Assembly (NCBI GenBank): GCA_963710415.1
Contig: CAVQAH010000009.1
Span: forward strand, 22,812 to 86,811
DNA: 64,000 bases
Direction: 5' to 3'
Origin: an uncultured Acidobacteriota bacterium
GTDB lineage: Bacteria > Acidobacteriota > Vicinamibacteria > Vicinamibacterales > 2-12-FULL-66-21
Both the position numbers and the translations under genes were made by a program. Shown here piece after piece: positions 41,135 through 50,600 of the stretch (the first letter of the stretch is position 1; the number at the start of each line of letters is the position of its first letter). A model generated the notes under the pieces. It searched no databases, had not been told where the DNA came from, and worked only from the letters and a program-made list of their open reading frames with translations.

Positions 41135-42602
41135 ATGTCGACGATCGAGTGGCTGTCGTGGAGTTCGGACGCCTTTGCGCGTGCGCGCGCCGAAGGAAAG
41201 CCGATACTCCTGTCGATTTCCGCATCGTGGTGTCACTGGTGCCACGAAATGGATCGCACGACGTACTGCGAGCCGCGCGTAATTGGACTCGTGGAGGCGT
41301 CGTTCGTGCCGGTCCGCGTCGACGCCGACAGGCGGCCGGACATCAGCGAGCGCTACCAGCTCGGCGGTCTGCCGACGACCTCGTTTTTGACTGCTGACGG
41401 CGACGTCATTGCCGGCGGCAACTACGTTCCACCCGATCGCATGAGCGGTGTGCTCGAGCAGGTTGCGAGCGCATTTGCCGGGCGTCAGCAGGAGCTGGCC
41501 GCGCGTGCCGGCGCCGGTCCGGCAACGGACGCGCCAGTCGTGGACGCGGACGCGTCGCTGGATCGCATCCTCGCGCAGGTATTCGCGACGTATGACGAGC
41601 AGTTCGGCGGTTTTGGAACGGAACCGAAGTTTCCGCTCACCGCCCCCATCCTTCTCGCGCTCGACATTTACCATCGATCGCATGACGAGCGCATGCGCGT
41701 CGTCGCCGAGACGACGCTGGATGCCATGGCCGACGGCGGCCTGTACGACCCGGTCGATGGAGGATTCTTCCGGTATGCGACGACGAGGGACTGGCAGCTG
41801 CCGCACGACGAGAAACTGCTCGAGGTCAACGCCGCGCTGCTGAGCCTTTACGTGCGGGCGGCGGACGTCCTCCAGTCGGATCGATATCGGGAACTGTCGG
41901 CCGCGATCGTTCAGTATGCCGGAACCTGGCTCGCCGATCCGGACGGTGGCTGGTGGGGATCGCAATGCGCGGATCGCGAGTTACTACGCGCTGCCGAGCG
42001 CCGACGCTCGTCGTCGCGCACGGCCTCCTGCGGTCGACGAGACGCTGTTTACGGGCTGGAACAGCGCGATGGTGTCGGCGCAGCTTCAGGCCGCGCATCT
42101 CCTCGGCGACGCCAGTGTCGGCGAGTCGGCGATGGCATCGTTCGAACGGATTTTCTCGCGGTGCTACGCGCCGGGCGCGGGCATTGCGCACTACTTCGAC
42201 GACCGCGCCCACGTGCGCGGTCTGCTCGACGATCAGGTCGTGGCCATCGAAGCCGCCATCGACGCGTACGAAGCCACCGGCAACATCACCTACGAGATGG
42301 TCGCCGAGGAAGTCGGTCATTACATGATGGGCACGTTGTGGGATCCGGAGTGTGGTGGCTTCCTCGATCGAGCGGCGGCGGTTGATGGGGAAGATGTCGG
42401 GCTACTGCGCACGAGGTTGAAGCCGTTCGTGACGAATTGCGACGCCGCGCGCGTGCTGCTGAGGCTCGACGCGCACTCGGGGAATCACGATTTCGGCGAC
42501 AAAGCTCGAGCGGCGCTCGCGCTCATGCATCCGTTCGCCTCGAGCCGAGGGCCGCAAGCCGCACACTACCTGCTCGCGGTTCGTGACGCACGTATCCGGT
42601 GA
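41135..42602 (+). CDS. Thioredoxin-like DUF255 plus (alpha/alpha)6-barrel protein, YyaL/SSP411 family (frameshift near 41975)
   Basis: WSSDAFARARAEGKPILL...WCHWCHEM, GGFGTEPKFP, GGLYDPVDGGFFRY and PHDEK. Confidence 0.88.
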
Positions 42603-42682
42603 TAGACTTTTCGATGCTTCGGACGCTGTTGGCTGTCAGGTATCAGCTGACAACAGAAGAACCTAACGCTGCGAGCTGATTC

Positions 42683-44565
42683 ATGACCGTCATGACCGAG
42701 CCGTCCATCGCCGCCCTGCAGAATATCGCCACTCAACTGCGTATCGACTCGATCCTGTCGACCACCGAGGCCGGCAGCGGACATCCGACGTCGTGCATGT
42801 CGGCCGCCGAGATCGTGGCGACGTTGTTCTTCGCCGAGATGCGCTACGACCCCCGGAACCCGAAGCACACCGACAACGACCGGTTCGTGCTGTCGAAGGG
42901 GCACGCGGCGCCGATTCTCTACGCCGCCTGGGCCGAAGCCGGGCTGTTCCCGCGCGAGCACCTGCTCGATCTGCGCAAGATGAGCTCCGACCTCGAGGGG
43001 CATCCGACGCCGCGTCTCTCGTTCGTGGACGTCGCGACCGGGTCGCTCGGTCAGGGCATCTGCGCGGGGATCGGGATCGCGCTGAACGCACGCCGGATCG
43101 GTTCGGAGTATCGGACCTACGTGCTCCTCGGCGACGGCGAGATGGCCGAGGGATCGGTCTGGGAATCGGCGTCGGTCGGCGCAATACCAGAAGCTCGACA
43201 ACCTGTGCGGGATCATCGACGTCAACGGTCTCGGGCAGAGTCAGGCGACGCAACTCGACCACGCGATGGACGCCATTGCCGCCGATGGCAGGCATTCGGC
43301 TGGAACGCCATCGTCGTCGACGGGCACAACGTCGCCGAATTGCTCGCGGCTTTCAAGAAGGCCCGCGACACGCGCGGACGTCCGACGATGATCGTCGCGA
43401 GGACGCTGAAGGGCAAAGGCGTGTCGTGGATCGAGGGCAAGGACGGATGGCACGGCAAAGCCCTCAAGAAGGGGGAGGAGACGGACAAGGCGATCGCGGA
43501 ACTGAAGGCCCAGTTCGTAATCCGAACGCGACGAATGCGCCGCCCAGGCCGACGATCGCGGCGCCGCCGGCGAGCCAGCGCGAAGAATCCAAGGCGGATC
43601 TGCTCGAAGCTGCCGCCGCTCGCCTACAAGAAGGGTGACCTCGTTGCCACCCGCGAGGCCTGGGGCACGGCGCTCGCCTCGCTGGGCGGCGTCGACCCGC
43701 GCGTCGTCGCGCTGGATGCGGACGTCAAGAACTCCACCTTCAGCGAGCGATTCGAGAAGGTCTATCCCGAGCGCTTCTACGAGAGTTTCATCGCCGAGCA
43801 GGTGATGGTCGGCGCGGCGATGGGGCTGGCGGCGCGCGGCGCCATCCCGTTCGCCTCGACGTTCGCCTGCTTCCTGTCGCGCGCGGCGGATTTCATCCGC
43901 ATGGCCGGCATCTCGTTCGTCAACGTGAAGCTGACGGGATCGCACGCGGGCGTGTCGATCGGCGAAGACGGGCCGTCGCAGATGGCGCTCGAGGATCTCG
44001 CGATGATGCGCGCGGTCCCGAACTGCACGGTGGTCTATCCGTGCGATGCGGTCAGCGCCGAGCGCCTGGTCGTGGAGATGGCCTCCGCGGCCGGCCTGGC
44101 CTACATGCGCACCTCGCGGCCGAAGACCCCGGTCATCTACGACACCACGAGAAGTTCCCGATCGGCGGATCGAAGGTGCTGCGGCAGAGCGATGCGGACG
44201 TCGCGACGGTCGCGACGGCCGGCGTCACGATCTTCGAAGCGCTCAAGGCCTACGATCAGCTGAAGAAGGACGGCATTGCCATCCGCGTCATCGACGTGTA
44301 TTCCGTTCAGCCGGTCGACGCAGCGACGCTGCGCGATGCCGCGCGCGCGACCAACGGCGTCGTGATCACCGTCGAGGATCATTACGCGGCCGGCGGCATC
44401 GGTGACGCGGTCAGCGAGGCGGTCGCACCGGCCGGGGTGGCCGTCCGCAGGCTTGCGGTCCGTGAGATTCCACGCAGCGGTCAGCCGGACGAGTTGATGG
44501 ATCGCTACGGCATCTCCGCCCGGCACATCGTGGAGACGGTCCGGCAGGCTCGCGCGCAGAACTGA
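42683..44565 (+). CDS. tkt: Transketolase, short type of ~620 aa (several frameshifts)
   Basis: SGHPTS, DRFVLSKGH, EGHP, TGSLGQG, TPP motif GDGE...N, IAEQ, GEDGPSQM and TVEDHY. Confidence 0.95.
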
Positions 44566-44566
44566 C

Positions 44567-47453
44567 GTGATGCGGCGACCAGCCTCCGCGCGTCGAGCCT
44601 GCTCACTCCTCGCCGCCGCGGCGGTCTGCTTCTCCCTTTCCGCGCAGACTCCGGCGCCCGCGCCGCGTGGCGCGCGCGATCCAGCCTGGTCCCCCGACGG
44701 CCGCCGTCTGGCCTTCTCGTATCTCGACGAGATCTGGACATCCTCGCCGGATGGCCGCGATGGCCGCTCCCTCGACACCGGCCGCACCGGGATCGAACGC
44801 GATCCGGCCTGGTCGCGTGACGGCCGGTCGCTCGCGTTCGCGGCCGACAAGGGTCGGGGGTTCGACATCTACGTGATCGCGTCAAACGGCGGCGAGCCTC
44901 GGCGCATCACGTCCAACGATGGCGACGAACGCTGGCCGTCCTGGACGACGGACGGCCGCATCATCTTCTCGCAACGTCAGAACGGACGCTGGCGGCTGTC
45001 GGCGGTATCCGCGACTGGTGGCTCCACGACGCCGCTGTTCTCCGACACCGCGACCGACGACGAGCGCGAGGGTCGAGTGTCGCCTGACGGCAAGCGGATC
45101 GCGTACGTTTCCGATCGTCAGAGCGAGGACGGCGACCTCGATATCTGGGTGGCCGATCTGGCACTCGGTCCACGCGATCGCGTCAACCGCACGCGCGTCG
45201 CGCGCGTGCGCGGTCTCGAAGGATTTCCCTCCTGGGCGCCGGACGGCACGCGCCTCGCGTTTTTTGCGGTTCGCGAAGGGATGCCCTCCGTCTGGGTGGT
45301 GTCAGTCGACGATCTCGCCGGCGACGCCGATCAGGCGACAGTGATTCGCCCAGGCCGGCCACGCAGCCCGTGCTCGTATCACGTCACGGCGGCATGCCGG
45401 CGTGGTCGCCGGACGGACGACGGATCGCCATCGCGCAGCTTCCGCCGCCCGAGCCCACCTACAACGGCAACCCCGAGCGCAACGGCGACGATCCGCCGCC
45501 GCTCTTCGCCGGGCCGGATGCCTTCCGCCTGTGGAGCGTGGACGCGCCACTGCCGGTGGACTCGGGGGCACGAGAGCTCACGCCGATCGCGCCGCGGCCC
45601 GAGCAACTCGTTGCCGCGTTCGATCGCGTGTGGGAAACGCTGCGGCGCCTGTACTACCAGACCGGACGGTCCTCGACCGCGTGGCAGGAGCTGCGAACGA
45701 AGTACCGTCCGCAAGCGCAGGCGGCGAAGGACGAGACGGCAGTCGAATCGGTGATCGATTCGATGGTGGCCGAGCAGCCGCTGATCAAGCCGCACGTGGA
45801 GTCTCCCCGCGCCGTCGTCGTATCCGGCCATCCCTTGGCGTCGCGCGCCGGCGCCATGGCGCTCGAGCGCGGCGGCAACATCGTCGATGCGGCCATCGCC
45901 GTGTCGTTCGCCCTGGGTGTCGTCGAGCCCGAAGCCTCCGGCATCGGCGGAGACGGAATGGCCGTGTTGTTCTTGAAGGGGATGGCCGAGCCGGTCGTCG
46001 TCGAATACAAGGATCAGGTTCCGATTCGCGCGACGCGCGACAACCCGTTGCTGACGGCGAACACCGGCGACGGTCCGTCAGCCGCGAACACCCCGGGCGT
46101 GGTGGCCGGGCTGGACATGCTGTACCGGAGGTTCGCCAGCAGCAAGCTGACGTGGGCCGAGTTGATCGCGCCGGCGATCGACTACGCCGAGAACGGCTAC
46201 GAGCTCGATGAATCGCTGCCGACGTCGATCGCGGAGGGCCGGAAGTTCTTCGAGAAGTATCCGGCCGCCGCGCGCATCTATCTGCCGGGTGGCGAGACAC
46301 CCCAGCCTGGCGACGCGCTTCGTCAACAAGGACTACGCTCGACGCTCCGCGCGATCGCCAAAGACGGCGCCGACACCTTTTATAGAGGCGCCATCGCGCG
46401 GCGAATCGCGGAGGACATGGACCGTCACGGCGGATTGATCACGCTCGACGATCTCGCGCAGTACCGCGCGATCGAGCGCCGTCCGCTCGTCGGCCGTTAT
46501 CGCGATCACACGGTCTATTCCGCGCCGCCGCCGGTGGCGTCAGGCGCCGGCCTCATCGAGACGCTGCAGATCCTGCAGAACTATCAGCCTCCGGCCGGGA
46601 AAACCTACTCGTCGGATGCGGACTACCTGCACTACGCGCTCGAGTCCTGGAAGGTGCGCGACCAGGGTCCACGCATCGCCGATCCCGCGCTCTTCGAAGT
46701 CAGCCTCGGCCCGCACCTGGATCCCGCCCATGCCGCCGATCTGTTCAAGCGGATCGATCCGAAGAAGGCGCTCTGCAGGATCGCAGCGGCCCCGAAGAAG
46801 GCGGGCGCGCGGAGCGGATAGGCCGTGGGACGACGGCGTTCGCCGTCGCGGATGCCGACGGCAACATGATCGCGATCACGCAGACGCTGAGTACCTGGGG
46901 CGGCACGTTCTACGTGTCGGACGGCCTCGGCTTCCTCTACAACAATCACCTGCGCGGCGGTGGCGGATCGGCTCCCGGCCGGTTCCTTCCGCTCACCCGG
47001 TCGTCGTCCACCAGCGTGCCGACGTTGCTCTTCCAAAATGAAGGGGGACCATCCAGCAGCACGACGCCTGGTACGCCCCGGCTGGCCGTCGCCGCCGCGG
47101 GCAACGCGTGGATTCCCGCGTCCGTCTACGACATCATCCTGAATGTGGTCGACGGGGGCATGACCGCGCAGCGCGCGATCGAGGCGCCGCGGTTCCTGAT
47201 CGGCCGCGACCCGGCGGAGCCGGCCACCAGCCGCATCCAGATCGAAGACCGGATTCCACGAACGGTTCTTCAGGACCTGATGGCGCGTGGACACCGCTTC
47301 CAGAAGATCGGCCGCAAAGGCGAGGTTCGCTACGGCTACGCCGCCGCTGTCGTCGTCGATCCAAAAACGGGCGTCGTGCAAGGCGGCGCTGAACCGCGGC
47401 GCTCGCATGCCGCGGTGCCGGTGCCGATCTCAACGACGCCGGCGAGCCGATAG
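44567..47453 (+). CDS. Secreted PD40 beta-propeller / tricorn C1-like / gamma-glutamyltransferase fusion protein (frameshifted)
   Basis: Signal peptide; six PAWSPDG-type repeats; FDRVWETLRRLYY...WQELRTKYRP; GGT motifs GGNIVDAA and EPEASGIGG; nucleophile region GTTAFAVADADGN at about 46830. Confidence 0.85.
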
Positions 47454-47460
47454 GGCCTGT

Positions 47461-47722
47461 ACACGTGCGACGTGCGGAGTGCTCACGTGCTCACGTGCTG
47501 CTTGTCACGTGCTTACGTGCTTAGCTGAGTGCGGACGGGCTTGTCGCGCGCGACTTACTTGCGTGCACACGTCCGCCCGGTGACAAGCGAGCACGTGGGC
47601 CCGTCGCACGTCCGCACGTGACAAGCGAGCACGTGCGCACGTGAGCACGTCCGCACGTGCAAGCGAGAGTGGACGAAGCGAGCACGTGAGCACGTGCCGC
47701 ACGTCCGCACGTCGCACGTGAC
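47461..47722. repeat. Long inverted array of ACGTGC/GCACGT 7-8-nt units between convergent genes
   Basis: cacgtgct units on the left and agcacgtg/gcacgtcc units on the right; gcttgtcacgtgc pairs with gcacgtgacaagc. Confidence 0.85.
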
Positions 47723-47746
47723 ATATTCCCCCCGTCATCTCGTCGC

Positions 47747-50344
47747 TCATCGCACCAAGCGGCCGAGCTCCACGGGCCAGTTCTGGACGATGACGATCGG
47801 GAAGTCGTCGCTGTTCTCCACCATGAGGAACCGCCGCCCATCGGACGCGACGTCCTCGCGTTGATGCCCCATGAGGTCGAGCGTGTAGGGACCGTCGAAA
47901 AGCTCCGTCGGCACGCTGAAGCCCAGCGTCGGGCCACTCGACATGCGGGCGGCCAGCATCTTCGTGCCCAGGCGGAAGAACAGTTCGCGGCCGTCAGCCG
48001 ACCAGATCGGGGACAGTCCGCCTTTGGTCGAAACCGCGACGGTTGCTCCTGGACCCGGATAGGCGGTGACGTAGACCTGGTAGTCGCCGGTCTCGTCGCT
48101 GACGAAGGCAATCCACTTTCCGTCGGGTGAGAACCGTCCGGATCGCTTTCTGCCGGGGCCGCCAAGCAAGCGCCGGGTCTTGCCGTCGGTGGTGCGGATC
48201 CAGATCTCGAAGGTGCGGTGATCGTAGTAGGCGAGGTCGCCCGTGAGCGCGTTCCACGAGGTCGGCACCACGAAGCCCTCATGCGCCACGAGCAGTTCAG
48301 CCGGAGCGCTGCCATCGGCCGGCGCCCATTGGAGACCGCCGCGCCCCCTGAACGTCACCCGCTGCCCATTCGACGACCAGATCGGAAACGACCCCTGCGC
48401 CAGCCGCTTCCGCGTGCCGCCCTCCAGGTCAATGAGGTCAGTCCATCCGCCTTCGAGGTTGAGCACCGCGCGGTGGCCGTCGGGAGCAAGATCCAGATGC
48501 GTGTAGTCGAGGCGTTCGCCGCCGACGGCGGTCGCACGTCCCTCGCGATCGACCCATACGAGCCGCGCGCTGGATTCACCGCGCGTCGGAATGTAGACGA
48601 GCGTGCCGTCGCGTGCCACGCCCGGCACCTTGTTGACGTTCTCGATGACGGGAACCGGGTTTGAGGGTCGCGCCGGATTGGTGGGATCGAACGCGACGGC
48701 GAGCACGGTCGTACCCTGCTGGAAGGCGAGCCAGCCTGGCGCCACATGGACGAAGCCGTGGCCTCGGACGCCGAGGTCGCGAATCGAGCCGTCCCTCAAG
48801 TCGATGAGACCGGCGGTCTCGCCGCCATCGGCTCGAACGATCGTGATGAGTGCGCTCCGGCCGTCAGGCATGTGCGAAGGGAACGTGTGGGCTGCCACGT
48901 CGGCACCCGAGCCGATCCGCGTCACGGCCTCCGGTGATCCGCCCGACGCCGCGACCCGCTGTATGCCCGAGGCGGTGCCAAACAGAATGTAGTCGTCCGA
49001 TCCCCAGCTGAATCCCGTAGGCACCGGCGCTGTACCGGGCCAGCGGTAGATGGTCTGCGGCTGCCCGCCGCGGACGGACACTTTCGACAGGCCGACGTCA
49101 TCGACGATCCCGATTGACTCGCCGTCCGGCGAGAAGAACCAGTCGGACGCATCGCGGCCCTCGGCGACGCGATGCGCAGTCAGGCTGTCGAGCGCCCGCA
49201 GACAGAGGCTGACCGTATTGCCTTCACGGCAGTTGTAGGCGAGGTGCGCGCCGTCCGGAGAGATGGCGACCCGGAAGTCGTTCCAGTTCGGCGCCGACTT
49301 CGAGGGAAGCGCGAGAGTGAAGCGTCTGAGCGGCGCGCCGGCCTGGGTGCGGCCGACCCCGATCGACAGCGAGGCGGCGAGCGCCACGCCCAGCGCGGTC
49401 GCGACCGCCCACGGCAACGCGCGCCGCCACGCGGGGGCGACAATTGCGGCGGTTGCGGGCGTGGTCGCGCCGTCGGGGGCGCCAGCCTCGATGCGCGCGA
49501 GCTCGATCCGCGCCTCGCCGATGTCGCGTAGGCGCAGCTTCACGTCGCGTTCGACGCAGCGCTCGATCAGCGCGCGGACCCGGGACGGCGTCGAGGGCGG
49601 CAGCGCGGCGAAGTGCGGCGTGTCCTTCAGCACCGACGCCATCGTCTCCGAGACATCGTCGCCCTTGAACGCGCGCTGGCCCGTCAGCATCTCGAACAGC
49701 ACGACGCCGAAGGCCCAGATATCGGCGCGCTTGTCCACGACGCGGCCCTTCGCTTGCTCCGGTGACATGTAAGCGGCCGTGCCGAGAATCATCCCGGCCT
49801 GCGTCATCGCCGGCGTCGTGATCGTCGGCGACTTCGACATGCTGGGTGACGAACCAGAGGCGGGCTCCATCGCCTTTGCGAGCCCGAAGTCCAACACTTT
49901 CACCGTGCCGTCAGCGCGGACCTTGATGTTCGCGGGTTTCAGATCGCGATGGATGATGCCCTGCTCATGCGCCGCTTCCAGTGCTTCCGCGATCTGCTTC
50001 GCAATAGGCAGTGCCTCGTCGATCGAGATCGCGCCGCGCGCAATGCGCTGCGAAAGGTCGTCGCCATCGACGAGTTCCATCACCAGCGCGCGGATGCCGC
50101 TCGACTCCTCCAGACCGTGGATATGCGCGATGTTCGGTTGATTGAGCGACGCGAGCGTCTGCGCTTCGCGCGTGAATCGCGCGAGGCGGTCGGCGTCGTT
50201 CACGAAGGAATCGGGCAGCACCTTCAGCGCGACATCGCGATTGAGTTTCGTGTCGCGGGCCCTGTAGACCTGACCCATTCCGCCTTCGCCAATCTGCGCG
50301 GTGATCTCGTAGACGCCGAGACGGGTACCGGGTGTGAGGGCCAA
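47747..50344 (-). CDS. Ser/Thr protein kinase with TM helix and C-terminal TolB/PD40 beta-propeller
   Basis: TTG start LALTPGTRLG; GEGGMG, VALK, HRDLKPAN, DFG, SPE; a TM helix; repeated SPDG motifs. Confidence 0.95.
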   Translation of the reverse strand: MALTPGTRLGVYEITAQIGEGGMGQVYRARDTKLNRDVALKVLPDSFVNDADRLARFTREAQTLASLNQPNIAHIHGLEESSGIRALVMELVDGDDLSQRIARGAISIDEALPIAKQIAEALEAAHEQGIIHRDLKPANIKVRADGTVKVLDFGLAKAMEPASGSSPSMSKSPTITTPAMTQAGMILGTAAYMSPEQAKGRVVDKRADIWAFGVVLFEMLTGQRAFKGDDVSETMASVLKDTPHFAALPPSTPSRVRALIERCVERDVKLRLRDIGEARIELARIEAGAPDGATTPATAAIVAPAWRRALPWAVATALGVALAASLSIGVGRTQAGAPLRRFTLALPSKSAPNWNDFRVAISPDGAHLAYNCREGNTVSLCLRALDSLTAHRVAEGRDASDWFFSPDGESIGIVDDVGLSKVSVRGGQPQTIYRWPGTAPVPTGFSWGSDDYILFGTASGIQRVAASGGSPEAVTRIGSGADVAAHTFPSHMPDGRSALITIVRADGGETAGLIDLRDGSIRDLGVRGHGFVHVAPGWLAFQQGTTVLAVAFDPTNPARPSNPVPVIENVNKVPGVARDGTLVYIPTRGESSARLVWVDREGRATAVGGERLDYTHLDLAPDGHRAVLNLEGGWTDLIDLEGGTRKRLAQGSFPIWSSNGQRVTFRGRGGLQWAPADGSAPAELLVAHEGFVVPTSWNALTGDLAYYDHRTFEIWIRTTDGKTRRLLGGPGRKRSGRFSPDGKWIAFVSDETGDYQVYVTAYPGPGATVAVSTKGGLSPIWSADGRELFFRLGTKMLAARMSSGPTLGFSVPTELFDGPYTLDLMGHQREDVASDGRRFLMVENSDDFPIVIVQNWPVELGRLVR

Positions 50345-50450
50345 AGGTAGCGTGATTATATGGGCGGAAACGCTCGCGGACGCGATCACTCCCGAGTGAC
50401 GCCGTAGTCCAGACCGTGATGTCTCCGACCATCCGACGCTCTCACAACGT

Positions 50451-50600
50451 GTGTGAACCCTCGTCCTGAACTTCGTGCCTGAACCCCGTTTGAACCCTCG
50501 TGTGAACCTACGTCGTGAACCCCCGTGTGAACCTCCGTCCTGAACCCCCGTTGTGAACCTACGTCTGAACCCCCGTCTGAACCTTCGCCTGAACCCCCGA
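50451..50600. repeat. Tandem repeat, 12 copies of a ~12-nt unit with a TGAAC core
   Basis: tgtgaaccctcg / tcctgaacttcg / tctgaacccccg and similar; overlaps the apparent stop (50559) of the transporter gene. Confidence 0.85.

Noticed and set aside
47461-47722. Repeat arrays (also 24214-24367, 50451-50600 and 9338-9448) as CRISPR arrays
   Set aside because: Units are 7-15 nt and degenerate, lack unique 30-40 nt spacers, and no cas genes are present.
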